64,000 nucleotides of DNA from Tubulanus polymorphus (taxonomy: Eukaryota; Animalia; Nemertea), in contig NC_134035.1 of assembly GCF_964204645.1 (NCBI RefSeq), positions 12,122,451 through 12,186,450 of the forward strand. The letters run 5' to 3'. Positions 13,601 through 26,310 of the stretch are shown one piece after another (within the stretch, counting starts at the first letter, position 1; each line of letters starts with the position of its first letter). The position numbers were made by a program, and so were the translations under genes. The notes under the pieces were generated by a model, which was given only the letters and a program-made list of their open reading frames with translations, had not been told where the DNA came from and made no database searches.

Positions 13601-15610
13601 TACTTTGCGTTGAAACATATTCGGAGTCAGTACTACTCGTGAATGCTATGTAAAGTTGAGCTGCTGTGTGAATGATAATATTTATAACGTGGTGAAAGTG
13701 AATTCATTTTATATCGTTTTTTCTCTATGGTTTTAGCACATTTTTATCAGTGTTTATTTTCTCAATTCGGTTGCTGATGGTTTTTCTAACGATGCTATTC
13801 TGATTACAGTTTATACCACTGCTATAGTGGATTAATCGTAAGCGGTGACTTTCAATTACGTCATATGAATTCATGAGGTTTCATTACTTCACAGAAATTC
13901 GAACATGAATATTTGAACAATTCTCGTCACCTGCCTCTCAGCGTCTGACCGACCTAAACCTCTACAACGAATCAAACTGGTTACGTTTTCGTTAACATGA
14001 ACCTACACTGTTGTACATCCCGGTAAAACCCCTACATTTTAGACCCATAGACATTTAGACACTTTGATAACTATTACCGATTAAAACTAGAACCGTGATA
14101 ATTGTTCATTTATTTGATTTTTTTTTTCAAATTTCTTTTTCAATAATTCGATAATTCATTAACAGCATGAATAGATTTTTTTGAGAAAAAATGTTTTTGA
14201 ACCTAATCGAAAATGTGTGTCACTCCATGCATTCCGACCACCAACACCCACCCATTGATATAACCCTACAAATCAACCCAAATAGAAATCAACATAAACC
14301 CATACTATATGTTCCCTCAATAGACACCAACCGCTACGTATAAGCCGCTTAAAATACCATTCCGATGTCGATATTTCACAGTCTTTCTTCATTCGTAAAA
14401 AATCGTGCAAAATATCAAATCGTTCAATATTCTCTATTATAGAAAGCTGGCAAAATCGACCCTGGTTCTCATACCGCTGTTCGGAGTTCATTATATCTTA
14501 TTCATATGGCTGCCAGAGGAGGGGATGAATGACATGGCGGAGCTTGTAAAACTTTACTACGAAATGTTCTTCAATTCATTCCAGGTAAATAACAAAAGCG
14601 ATCTGTATTGATCCGAGACGATCCAATGACCAAATCACGATTAACATTTATCAATTAATTGAATTGAAAATACAAATTGTGACATGAAAATCGAAATGAC
14701 CTGCAAGTAATGCGATGACTCCAGACGATGACGACTTTCACTGTTATATCTAATAATGTATTTTGGTACTTGTTCAGTTCTAGTGCCATTTCATACCGCC
14801 ATATTAGTAATAATGTGCATCTATAAATGAAGAAATCCCACACTTCGAATTAAACTATACTGATAAGAATTTATCATTTTGAAACCACAACGTTTCAGCT
14901 GTTGACTAACAGCCATCATCAGGTGGTGATGGCTGATGATGGCTGTTAGTCAACAGCCGAAATGTTGTGGTTTCAAAATAATAAATTCTATCAGTATAAT
15001 CTAATTCGAATGGTGGGATTTCTTCATTTATCTACAGTGTACACGGATTATAGTGTTTATTGACGACTATAATGTGTATCTATGTGGTACTTTCATGCAG
15101 GGAAATCCTGAGGGTATCACATTGCTATAGATAGTGACGTCATGCGTTGATACAGACAGTGGCCGCCTGTTTTCTGAATAAAATCACACGAATGTATTTT
15201 GGTTTTTTCACTTTCAGGGATTTTTCATATCGCTCCTATTCTGTTTCCTTAACGGAGAAGTCCGAGGTGAAATTAGGAAAAAGTGGGAACGTTACTGGCT
15301 TCAGCGTACAGGGGGCGCTGCCAACTCGTCGCGCAGTAGCAGCCTGAGATTCGGACAGACGATGACGTCATACGTACCCGCTAGGGGTCGCTCTTCGGTT
15401 CATTCGTCGAACGGCGAGAAGATCGATCACGTGGGATTAAACGGGCATCATTTGAGTGATATGAAACTATCGGGGGAAGTGTTGTGCGATCGGTTAAAAC
15501 CGATGAAACCACCGGCAGAGGGCGCCTGCAGTAATACGTTACTAGCCCCCGAATCGTGCGATAGCGAGGAGTCGAAACTAATGTTGGACGCGGAAACCAG
15601 AAATCTATAG
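4627..15610 (+). CDS. Class B1 (secretin-family) GPCR, invertebrate parathyroid-hormone-receptor-like; 11 coding exons found, signal-peptide exon not located
   Basis: Exons 4627-4722, 5305-5412, 5527-5666, 7679-7773, 9915-10083, 10538-10694, 11063-11123, 11237-11306, 11973-12064 (or 12058), 14443-14584 and 15218-15610 join in frame (~506 aa). Hormone-binding domain motifs: [19 protein letters not shown]...WTNYTEC. TM motifs: [73 protein letters not shown]. The N-terminal [17 protein letters not shown] resembles the PTH1R N-terminal helix. The class call is firm; the PTHR subfamily call is by recognition. Confidence 0.92.
7253..7522. mobile_element. Palindromic Penelope-like remnant with hammerhead cores on both arms
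   Basis: Arms atagttgtttcacccac / gtgggtgaaacaactat. CTGAAGA...GAAACGTC on + (7427-7466) and on - (7339-7305). Imperfect TSD cta.a.tttcata at 7243-7255 and 7561-7573. Confidence 0.65.
7999..8170 (+). repeat. Tandem duplication (71 bp, 80-bp period) ending in a dispersed ~60-bp repeat also found at 34344-34404 and 43660-43716
   Basis: tcgattagaaatccg...gcctcaaac at 7999-8069 and 8079-8149. Shared motif agcg(a)cacctggyggatcctcgcytgcc...ggaatcctcgaytgccacagt. Confidence 0.8.
10183..10377. mobile_element. Palindromic Penelope-like remnant with hammerhead core
   Basis: Inverted arms. Minus strand CTGAAGA-T-GAATA...ATAGTC-GAAACGTC (10263-10229); a degenerate copy lies on +. Possible TSD acaaatga at 10174-10181 and 10378-10385. 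Confidence 0.6.
11363..11665. mobile_element. hAT-type MITE with a 5-bp TSD
   Basis: TIRs CAGGGGCGGATTCAG / CTGGATCCGCCCCTG; CAGTT is duplicated at 11358-11362 and 11666-11670. Related single ends lie near 13560-13580 and 41634-41648. Confidence 0.8.
14825..15068. mobile_element. Penelope-like inverted-repeat insertion with ~100-bp arms, a tail and a 15-bp TSD
   Basis: Near-perfect palindrome 14823-15031. TSD ataatgtgcatctat (14810-14824) / ataatgtgtatctat (15069-15083). Confidence 0.75.
14884..14927 (-). ncRNA. Minimal type I hammerhead ribozyme motif
   Basis: ACCAC-CUGAUGA-U-GGCUGUU-AGUC-AACAGCU-GAAAC-GUU-GUGGU. Stem I is ACCAC/GUGGU, stem II is 7 bp, the core is intact, and helix III is reduced to the palindrome ACGU. 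A second copy on + (14933-14971) is truncated and mutated. Confidence 0.7.
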
Positions 15611-17386
15611 AAAGAGTAGTTGCGACTGTGGCTTTATCGAATGGTCATCGGTGTTGTTTTAAATTGTTACTGGAAAAGGATAAGGCAGTGACACACGTTA
15701 AGTCAAAGGAGAGAATGTGTAATTGAGCAAGGTGAAGGTGAATAGCAGGGAAGGCGACACTAGAAACTGATCGAAGAAACGGAGCGGAAGAGAATCAGTG
15801 ATACAATTACGAATGAAATTGAAAAGTTCGTGGAGCCGAGAAACGAGAATTTATGATAAATGAACTGATAACGTGAGTTGTTTTCTGAGGTCATACAGTC
15901 GTTTAGACCGGGACGCGTGTTCACCTCTGAGAAAATCAAAAAACAAGCGATAGGCTACATATTCTATTACCTAATTAGGGATCGTATTAGATTCGTGATG
16001 ATATCGACTCTAAATATGAACGGGCGCCAGGTAACAAATACAGGTACAAATGTAACGTAGAAACTGTGTATAATGGATGGTTTAAAAGAATATGTATTCG
16101 ACTTAGATTTGAAACTGTTGTAAATAAAACCCTATCCTATATTATTCAGCTTTCGATTGTAGAAATGATACACACATTATATATATTTGTACATAGTCCG
16201 TCAATCATGAACTTCAAATAGACTTAATTATATTTGATTGTATGATCACATAGTGAAGGAAAAGACTTTCAAATTTGAATTTTATTCAAAGGTAATTGAG
16301 GTTTTCGGGTCGTTCGAAGTTTAGAGAACGTTTTCTCACTTTGAGAAACAGTTTTCTATAGTGAAATTAATAGCGAAATATTTGACTATAAGTTGTCAAA
16401 TGATAGAATAATGTACAAAAAAATTTCTACTTTTGGCTGTCGATAATGAACTCATGAACTCAAAAGACATATTCACCCACAACTTGGGAACTGGATCGCA
16501 CAGGACTGCAAACAATATGAATCAAAAACTGCATCTAACGCATTGATGAACACAGATATAAATGTAATAATGATCGCTGAGGAATTCTTCATTGTACATA
16601 GAAGTAATCATTACAAGAACGTATTTTTGTAATAAACTTGTTTTATTTTATTCACTGAATATTGATGATATTGAACTAGGAAAACTATTGATATTTGATC
16701 ATTGAATTTAATGGACCGCACGTTTCTTTTGCGCATCAGCTTTTGTTTTCAACGCGGATGGTGCAAGGATTTCTTTAGAGTGGCCTCGAAAGGATTTCCT
16801 AACATTGCAATGTAATTATAGTGATACGATGATGATTCACGTCGTTGGAAATTGTAACACTGTCTATGAAAGATATTCCAACTTGTTTTATGATATTTGC
16901 CGATACCCTGGGAACCAATCATCCCTCGGTAGGGACTGGTATGCGTAGGTACATCGCCTTCAGATTAAATCATAACTGTGGAACTTTGTGCATCTTCTAG
17001 AATGTTTCTTTTTATACATACTGTATTAATACCCGAATTATTCAAGTGTTCAAATTCGGGCGTTTTTTTCTGTAGTCATTTACGTTATCAAATAAATTGA
17101 TTGTTATTGTAAATTCGTTCATTAACGTTCATTATTTCACGCCACCGGTGTCGAGGACATACTCGATCGCAAGGAGACGTATTCACTATCGCCACAGATT
17201 TATATACTATATTCAGTTATAGTTCTGTGATGTCACACACTATCAGCAGTATTGTGTGATGTCAATGAATAAACCTTAATACCCTGAAACACAACGGCGT
17301 CAGGCACATATAGTTTAGATACGTCATATTGGCCTGTTTGTCCTACGTCAACTGTGACATTTTACCTCGTTTAGATAGACGCCTAA

Positions 17387-17743
17387 AGCCTAGCGCACAT
17401 CGACACTGCGATTGGAGACAACTAGTTGCAAGGCAGTTTTCGGCGCATGAGAGGAACTGGCTGGTACGATCAGTTGCTTGAATGTGTCGATGTGTGCGAG
17501 CTTACGATTGGTAAGCGTCGATCTATCTCCATTTCCAGCCAGTTGCCCATGTTCTACTTTTGAGCAACTGGTTGTACTCAATCGCAGTCATATCCGTCGA
17601 TGTGCGCGCTCTGGATCTCGACGATCGACACGCGCCATGCAGTTGCTGCAACTGACCGGTTGTAACTAGATTTCGATGTGCGCGGGGTAATCGTTCGGTA
17701 GCAACTAGTTGTCTCCAATCGCAGTGTCGATGTGCGCTAGGCT
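17387..17743. mobile_element. PIF/Harbinger-type MITE downstream of the RERG stop codon
   Basis: Perfect 43-bp TIRs (AGCCTAGCGCACATCGACACTGCGATTGGAGACAACTAGTTGC), TAA on both sides, and internal repeats of TCGATGTGYGCG. Confidence 0.85.
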
Positions 17744-17913
17744 TAACGTACAATATGACGTCACAATGAATAAGGAGGTCGCTGATGGAAGTCACCGTGA
17801 ACAGCCAAAAAACTACTTTTCCACTTTTCTTTGATCGTTTTTGTTTCAATTTCTACTCGTGCATTTTATTGAATATAGTCGATCGGAATGGTTGTGTTTG
17901 TTCGTCACTGATC

Positions 17914-20900
17914 TCAGGCGTTCTTAATCGATGATAATACTTTACTCAACACTTGTCGCACCTGTTGAGCCGAACTGCGGCGTCGTTGTTTTCCGGTCAA
18001 CGCGAATCGTCGTTTTACCTCTCGGTAAAGTTCGTTAAACGCTTCGGTAACTTCCGTATACGTGTCGCACGCCGACGTCTCGAAAAAAGCCGCCGCCATT
18101 TCGGCGGCCATTTTCTCGCCCTCCGTCACGGAAACTTTGCGCTCGTGTTCGAGGTCGTTTTTATTTCCGACGACGATGCAGGAAATATTTTCAGTTTTTT
18201 TATATTCTTCGATCGATGATTTCAGTTTTGGTATATCTAGGAAACTCTGTCGGTCAGTAATGCTGTATATGAACATAAACCCGTCTGCCCATTTCGCTTG
18301 ACCTTCTCTCGCTTCTTCATCCGCCTGGAAATAAAAACAAAAAGAGGATGACGGCCCTCTGATCATATGCGCAGTGTGAAGCCTGGGCGATCGTAAACTA
18401 GAATGTTCAATAACGTTGAAATATGGTCCACTGATCAGATGATGGTGATGCCTAAACGGTCAAAAATTATAATAATAATAATGATAATAATAATAAAATA
18501 GCCCAGACGATATTACAGTATGTGAGGTAATGCTAATGATTGATATATTGTTTTTAAGGTGTAATTAGGAAGTTTATGTTTTAGTTTGCTAAGGATAAAA
18601 AGTATTCTTCGAAATCTAATTTCAACTCGATGTATGTGGTGTTCCCATGTGATTTTGACGTCAATTATAACGCCTAAAAATTTGGCAGCTGTCACCTTTT
18701 TTATTTCTTCATCATCAATGTATATTTTAATGGTCTTCGTTATTTTAATTCTTCCCGAGAATAATAAAAGGTTGGAAAAAATTGAAAAGATAAATTGTCG
18801 GGTGTGTGAGGGGTCAGGGGTTTTACAGAGCGACTTAAAGCTTTGATAATCGTGATAAGATACTACTGATGGCTATTTAACGACACACGTTGAGACGTTT
18901 TGAAACCAGATGCTCAAAAGTTTGGTGGATAAACTGGTGGACAAACACCATATAAAAGTAAAAATGCAATTTCAATTGTCACAATGGTATTTATCCACCT
19001 GTTAACTATAACTAACTTCAGAGCAACTGCAGCCGACTCATTTTCCGTGTAGTATTAGAGTGGGATTTTCTACATATTTATTGAGCCATGTTTTAGAATA
19101 TGACGTACCTGTCCTGCAGTATCGAATATTTCCAATGTGACGTTATCATTATCAACCGCATCCTGATGTCTGTAAATACATTCTACAAAAACGAAAAAAA
19201 AAGATTTTTTCAACGGTTTGTGTAGAACGATCTTGTACCTCCGAGGGAATTTCGCTCTCGTCGGATAGGCATTATTGAATGATAATCATAAATGAAACAT
19301 TGAAGAAAAAATCTCACATTTAAATAAAAAATTCAACCGAATGGAATTTCATCATGAAAAATAAGAAATATATATATAAATAGATGTGAAGGACGATGTA
19401 TTTATGATCGACGCATTTCGTTGGGAAATATTTCCAACACGAAGATGAATGATAGAAGATGAAGATTGATGCTATTCTCTCCACATTAACTCTATAATCT
19501 CGCGCTTCAGATTAATTAGCGTGTTATCTGTACCGTAAACAGACCCGTTTCATGTTAAATAATCACCCAGGAGTTTCAGCTTTATCTATCTATCTCTGCT
19601 TGTCTGTATATTACTATCCTTTATCAGTAGTCCCTCCCCGACCCTCACAGAAATGTGCCAGGCATAATTAAACACACGAAGAAATGGACAGATTTGAAGT
19701 AATCAACAGCTGTGCATAATTCAACGATTCAATGGAACTAATTGATAGATTTTGTGGCTCAAAACATATAATCAATATCATCCACACTCGAAGGAAATCG
19801 AAAATATATCGTGTATAAAGATCATCTCTCTAACGAAGATTTTACGACTTGTTTTGGTTTCGAACTGATGGGAGGAGTTGAGCTTTAGGTCTTTAGATAG
19901 AGAAAGAGATCAGGTTACCGAAAATCCATTAAAGTAATGAAGATTTCGATAGTTGCGTTTTTACTATTATTTAATTCTCAGAGAGTATAAACAGTTTATT
20001 GACACGAACGAACGTCAAAGGGATCGGTTGAGGTCACTTCACCTCATCAGGTGAAGTGATTATATTCCCTCATCAGATGAAACATGTGTGAGTCAAATAA
20101 TTGATCTATGTGTATTTAGATGGAGTTGTCCTTCGTGTATAAAAACCTATTCAATCTGAAACCCCACATTAACAAATTACGTACGGGGAACTAAGAATTT
20201 GTACTGTGGTATTTTAACATCATATCATACCAAAAATACATGTATTTCCATACATGTATGAGGATGTATTTTTGATTATACGGTTTTGATTTGATATTGA
20301 TTTGTTCTAAAAGTGATTACGAACCTAGAGACGGATCGTATTCCCAGATGAATCGTTTCGTCAGATAACGTACTGTGATCGCTGAAAAGAGTAAATAAAC
20401 GTTAAATACGTGTAAACACAATCAGGACCAGGCGTTAATTAACAGTGTTACTAATTATATACGATTAATTGAGATTGATGAGGGTAAACATTGATGAGCG
20501 AGAAATCGATGAAAACATCTCGAGTTGTTGATAAAGATTTCTAGATAGCGAACAGCTTGGATTTATGTTTGAACGGGGCTCTCAAATCCGCCTTGAATTT
20601 GCAACTGATATCACATGAGAGCATGAATGTACTCTGAGGGGTATTTCAATTTCGCAATTCTGAAGAAGTGAATTCATAAAAGTATCTTGTAATATAAACC
20701 CTAACGTTGATTGGTAAAAAGATGTGGCTTGGAACTGTGCGTTGGCGTGGGTGTAACAGGGGGAGGGGGCGTCGGGGCAGCAAACGGGGGAGGGCGTCGG
20801 GGGGGTATGGTATCAATACTAATAATACATGTGTTGTATGAGTGTTATGAGGATTCTCTTTACGACTTTGCAGTAAATCAGTTTATGACATTCGATACGT

Positions 20901-22531
20901 CGAATACGAGTACAACATAAACGAAAGTCGTATTTTGATAACGGGTGCTGGGAACGCAGCCGCCGCCGCCACCGCCGATATTCTTATACGACTTCTCTCT
21001 CCGTAACTCAGAGTTATGTGTGTGTATGCGTGCGCGCCTCGCTCTATGGGGGAAGTGAAAGCTGCTCAGTTTCATATCGCCGGCGATTTTTACAAAAACA
21101 CGTTTTTTTTCTTTATCTCTCATTGAAAGTTAAATCAGCAGCGATCCAGACTTAATGAACATTTACACCTGGTGATGACGCGTACATTACATCGAAACAT
21201 AACTCAAATCTCTGACAGATTTGTTATAAACGATCGAGTAGATTGAGAATCTCATTCCAGCAACACGCTGGCAAAAGTGACTGCTGAGACTGATATCAAT
21301 TTCAGTATTCAGAGTTAATGAGCAAAACCCACGATTGATGCTTTAACAGTTTCAGATAGTTTATTCTGACAGTTTTTGAGTTTTGACTGAACTTCATCAT
21401 CAGAGAAACCCAAGTAACATATTAATGATATACATGATATAAAAATGTATATCGGCTGCTTAAGATAATCTATTTACTTAAGGCTGAAAAATACTAAATC
21501 ACCTACTTCACAAGTACGAAGAAAGACTTCTTCCTTTGTAACATCTACATTTTGTATTATGATATACTTTTTTACATTATGTTTATCATTATTTTGTTAT
21601 TTTGGTTGACTTCACCACCGCGAACATAACTGGATGTTTCAAACACATATCCCGGGGTTCGAACTGCGACTGGTTGTATTATTATTATCATTACTATTAT
21701 TGTTATTCACGGTAAGTGAGTTGATAAATACGACTGATTACACGGAACAATTCTCAGCGCTGGTTCTCCATCAAATAACTGTCTAAAATTAATCTAAAGG
21801 TTCATCGTCGGCGCTTGTTTCCGAGAATAAATTCATCACACCATCTCACTAAATACCGAACGATCCTGCGTCAAAGGAGAATATTCCGTTTAGCAATTCG
21901 ATCGCTGGTAAAATATTTTTGGGAAGGGCTCGTGATAGTATAGATGGTGATGGAAACATTCCCGAGATCATAGACATTATAGAAATCACATTAAGGCAGA
22001 AAAAAAAGAAGATTCAATGAAATATAATACGAAGTATCCACCATTCGCCAAATATTGATTTTTGTACAAGGGAAATGAGCTTGAATTAGGACACAAATTC
22101 GGTGAATATTGAACACTGCAATTGATGGTTCCTTTCAAGGGGATTTTCACAGATAAGACATTTAGAAAATACATCAATACAAGCACCTTATTCATGACGT
22201 CACGGTTATTGGCCTATTCACGAGGTGACAGCAGTTATGGAAGTTATGAGTTTGATAACCACCCAGCTAGCGTGGCCCAATGGTTAGGACGATCGCCTCA
22301 ATTTCACAGACTTTTAAAGATTTTCAAAACTTTTTAGAATTCTCGTCGAAATTACTTTTGAGTTTCTTCTTGATTATTTTGTTTGAGAATTTTCAGCAGT
22401 GTTATCAAAAAAAAATTCGAACGTAGCAAATTGTTACCTGATTTTCCGACTCCATTATTTCCTAGCAACACGATTTTTGCGTCAGGTTCTTTCTGTTTAG
22501 TTTTATTGCTGTTTGCCATATTTTCCTTCAT
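17914..22531 (-). CDS. RERG: Ras-related and estrogen-regulated growth inhibitor-type small GTPase, 4 exons, ~211 aa
   Basis: Exons 22531-22438, 20381-20325, 19182-19109 and 18324-17914, all GT-AG. G1 GNNGVGKS; [17 protein letters not shown] (RERG-typical FIWEYDP); G3 DTAGQ; G4 NKND; G5 ETSA. The C-terminus [16 protein letters not shown] lacks a CAAX box, as in RERG. Alternative start ATG at 22519. Confidence 0.92.
18500..18745 (-). mobile_element. LINE (CR1/L2-like) reverse-transcriptase C-terminal fragment in RERG intron 3
   Basis: [32 protein letters not shown]...[15 protein letters not shown] is the typical RT-thumb pattern, here with an in-frame stop. Confidence 0.8.
21899..22220 (+). 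repeat. ~320-bp dispersed repeat, left copy (RERG intron 1)
   Basis: Reverse-complement match to 26690-27003; near-identical over 21899-21988 and more diverged inward. Confidence 0.85.
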
Positions 22532-22751
22532 CGTGAAAACTGTTGCAAACATTCGTCGCACAAACAGACTACAGCAGCAGCTATTAGAGTCCCATAAAAC
22601 ACCTAAAAACAACTAAACCATCGATATTCAGAGAGACAACTGATAAAACCGAACGTTCACTGATTGTTTATCACACCCCGTTAGAAGAAGAGATGCGTGT
22701 TTAATTGAATGTCGATAAACATAGAATGTAGCAGCGAGGAAGAGAGAACCG

Positions 22752-22752
22752 C

Positions 22753-22783
<31 letters not shown>

Positions 22784-22810
22784 GTGCTGCTGCTGTTGCT
22801 GTTGCTGCTG
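22752..22810 (+). repeat. Interrupted (CTG)n microsatellite in the RERG/LMO intergenic promoter region
   Basis: gctgctgct... with ggt/gtt interruptions. Confidence 0.9.
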
Positions 22811-23618
22811 GTGGGGCCGGTGGGGGTGAGCTGCATATCTACCTCTTTCTTTTCATTTAGACTCTACGCTCCCTACTGATACGGAGGGGGAGGGGCATAG
22901 ATTTACTAGGTGAAAATAATGTCAAAGAATACTAGATGACTACATTATTTCAACTGACCGAATAGACTCGGTCCTGGGGAACAACGAACTTGATTCTGAT
23001 TTACCAGTTTTTTTGCCATACAATTTCGAGTATATCTCAGATTTTGGCCGATCCGCCCTTGATAATAGGTAAGTACAGTCCTTCGAAAATATTTCAGTCG
23101 TACATTTGCGTATCACACAGCCAACACGGCGCCCTCTAATACTTCGTCGGCCTCAACGTAACCTCCCCCCTGACAACGCAAACTAAGGACCCCAAACCTT
23201 TATCCGCATATAGAGCCTCCAAGAAATCAGTCCTATTGATATAAAGGTTTTATTACATATGAATTCGTAGATAATATCTTAATACTGCACAGAAGTTATA
23301 GAGAGAATCATTTGGCTGGTAACATGTGGCCCATTGGTAAATACAGTCGACTTTCACCGGCGGGAAAATCTGGCACATCCCGCCTTAAATGACACAATAG
23401 CCTTTCGCGTATGGTGTCAATGGTGACACATTGTATACTACACATCAGCTTGTTTCCTGTTCATATATATATAAAACGTATGTAGCTTCGAATGCATATA
23501 TACATTAAATAGTTTAGTGGTTTACTAGTTAGTACCGGTTACTATTGTCGTAATAAACAAATATAAGGCTTGTTACATTCATCATTGCGACGAATTACAA
23601 CAACGTTAATCATCAACG

Positions 23619-26310
23619 ATGGCTACTCGGAAAAAAGGTAAAGTATATTTTATCGCAATTCATTTGTTACATTCAGTTAACACCGTTTTTTTCACATTTT
23701 GATCGTCACGTGATGACATGTAATCAATTCGTTAGATTTCTAGACATGTTTCGTATCCAATAATGAAACTTTTTGTTTTTGAAGCTTCGACTTCAGTTGC
23801 TTTTCGTATGCTCCAATTTATAACCGAAGGTTTGATAAGGCAATGATAAGATTTATTATCAATCCATAGTAAGAATAAACAAACACGTGTATTAACGGTG
23901 GCATTGAATAGTTGCCGGGGTCGAGTGTAAGATGACTAGACGAGAGAAGTCCCACAATAATTCAGCCAAGTTGTAAAATTCTGAGTAAAAGGTTTAATTT
24001 GCGCAACGTTTCGGCAAAAGACTAAATAGAGCCATCATCAGGCAGGCGTACTGAACTTTTTATCTTTGGCTGAATTATTGTGTGATTTCTCTTGTGTTCC
24101 CGGGGTCCGTTTGGCAGACGTTCCGCGAAATGCCTTCTGTCCCTTGGGTACCGTGCTTCACAGATAGTCTTTTATTTTTTTCATATTCAGCTGATACGAG
24201 CAACAAACAACAGCTATCGGATATCAACCAGAACGAAAATGTACCCGCAACAAACAAAGACGAGTCAGATGGGCAGACGGCAGCGGATGTAGCTGCACCA
24301 GTTGTTACAAGTGCAGCTGAGAGACTGCAGGTACCTGCTGCTGCTACTGCTGCTAGTGATGACGATGCGACTACAGCCTGTTCTCCGATCGCGACCGAAT
24401 CGACGACAGTCGTCGCTACGTGGATTTGCGTCGGATGCGAGGCGCCGATTAACGATAAATACTTTCTGAAAGCGATGCATCAGTTTTGGCACGAGGACTG
24501 TCTGAAATGTTCGTGTTGTAATTCTCGATTAGGAGATATCGGCGCATCACTTTACACCAGGTCCAATCTGATATTGTGTAAGCGAGATTATTTCAGGTAA
24601 AAATCGTATAAATCAACGTATAAATTCTTGCTGGTATTAACGCTGTCAATTATGATTTTCATTAACAGCACAACAGCTACCGGAACAGGGAGTTCTATTT
24701 TGAAATCGAAAATCGAAGCGCAGATATAGTTGGATTGTCGGTCGCATCATGTACTCAGAGTCCATGGTCGAATTTACATTTTTTTCGAAGTCCAGCATTG
24801 GAAATAACGGTTCCAATTCGTGTAAACTGCAGCCTTTCCCACCCAGACCGAACCGGCGCCAAACGACTGGGATTTATTTTTGTTGGTTGCTTAATTTGAT
24901 ACATCGATATTTTGAAATAGTTACCGAGGAGTTCAGATCGTTGTCGATATATGACTGTTCACGTGTCACCAACGTCAGATTAACATTTAAATCGTTATCT
25001 ATTCAATAAGCGAAATATAATTGATATTAATTCAATGACTATTTGATGTAAGCCATTTTGTTTCACGCTTGTAACACACCTGTGACTACAGTACAGACAC
25101 AACAAACATTATAGAGCAGGGTAATGCGTGCTTTGCATTGTTCACAGGCGTCATATCGAACGTTAAATGGCAGTTAAAGTTGCCTTTTTACTTCAGTCAG
25201 CAGTTTACGCTTTATGTGTCCGATCAAAAATTCGTAAAGACTAGTCTTTGTGAATTTTTGGTCCAATACATGAATACAGCAACAGATAACATTATCGAAG
25301 ATGTTGCAGTTCCACTAATTGAGAGTCAGTCTTCAATTTCAACATAAAATGAAAATATGTTTCCAAGTTGAAATCACGTAGCCTCGATGTGAACGTATCA
25401 TGTAGCGCGAAAATTTTAAAAATCGGAAAAACTGTCCGTCAATCTTAAAAGCCGGGGGGATGATGAATTCATTCCTGGTTTTTGGTGCTCCATTATACCG
25501 ACAATTGAGGGAGCATTATCTTGAATACAAAAATGTTGATTGTTCAAAATGAATATTGACTATTTTATAGATGAAGTGAATTCAATAGTTAGAATACAGC
25601 CCCGATAGATTGGTGTTGATTTTCTGTACGTGCTGAGCCGAGCGTAGTCGTTTATGCCGCTACAATCTGTCAACGTCTCATGTTACCTGATTTTGCAGTT
25701 TTAAAACCTTCGCTCATGTTTAAACAATTCGCCGGACCCATTTCCAAGTCTCCTGTATACATATATGATATATACCTGCCACACACGAGAAAAAAAGTAA
25801 CTTATTTTCCAAAGGAATGAAAGAATATTCATTTATATCTTCGTATTAGGTTATTCGGATGTTCCGGTCAATGTGCGGCCTGCGAGAACAGTATTCCCGC
25901 TTATGAAATGGTGATGAAAGTAAAACAACACGTTTATCATTTAGATTGTTTTTCCTGCTTCATGTGTCTCAAAAGGTAATTATGAAATATCACACGATTT
26001 ATCTTTAAAATTCGCAGAAACTTCTTGAATCGAATACAAGAAAATACAGCAGAAAAAGGTAATAACGTCTTTTGAATGATTTTGTTGCAGGTTTTGTATC
26101 GGTGATAGATTCTATCTAAACGACACTAAAATAATGTGTGAACACGATTACGTACAACAGTTCTTCATGTCTCCACAATTCCGATCACCGATAGTGCCGC
26201 CCCCTAGCGAACAAAGGAAACGAACCCCTCACATATTTCAACGACAGACGACCACAAATGTTAACTATTTCCAAGGAAACTACGCGGGTCCAATGTGCAA
26301 CAATCATTGA
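23619..26310 (+). CDS. LMO: LIM-domain-only protein (LMO1/LMO3/Beadex type), 4 exons, ~256 aa
   Basis: Exons 23619-23637, 24191-24596, 25850-25975 and 26091-26310 join in frame. LIM1: CVGC...WHEDCLKCSCC...LILCKRDYFRLFG. LIM2: CAAC..IPAYEMVM...YHLDCFSCFMC..RFCIGDRFYL...MCEHDY. No homeodomain follows. Confidence 0.93.
24001..24045 (-). ncRNA. Minimal hammerhead ribozyme motif in LMO intron 1 (antisense)
   Basis: UGC-CUGAUGA-U-GGC...GCC-GAAAC-GUU-GCG. Confidence 0.55.

Noticed and set aside
15611-15858. Purine-rich, coding-looking sequence after the GPCR stop codon (possible readthrough)
   Set aside because: A second in-frame TAG follows two codons after the stop; treated as 3' UTR.
20035-20060. 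Hairpin tcacttcacct-catc-aggtgaagtga containing CTGATGA on the minus strand
   Set aside because: No GAAA partner or stem I, so not a hammerhead.
22265-22300. tRNA A-box-like GTGGCCCAATGGTTAGG, and isolated B-box-like GGTTCGAA motifs (~6455, ~21656, ~27378)
   Set aside because: No cloverleaf or correctly spaced A/B box pair; at most SINE debris.
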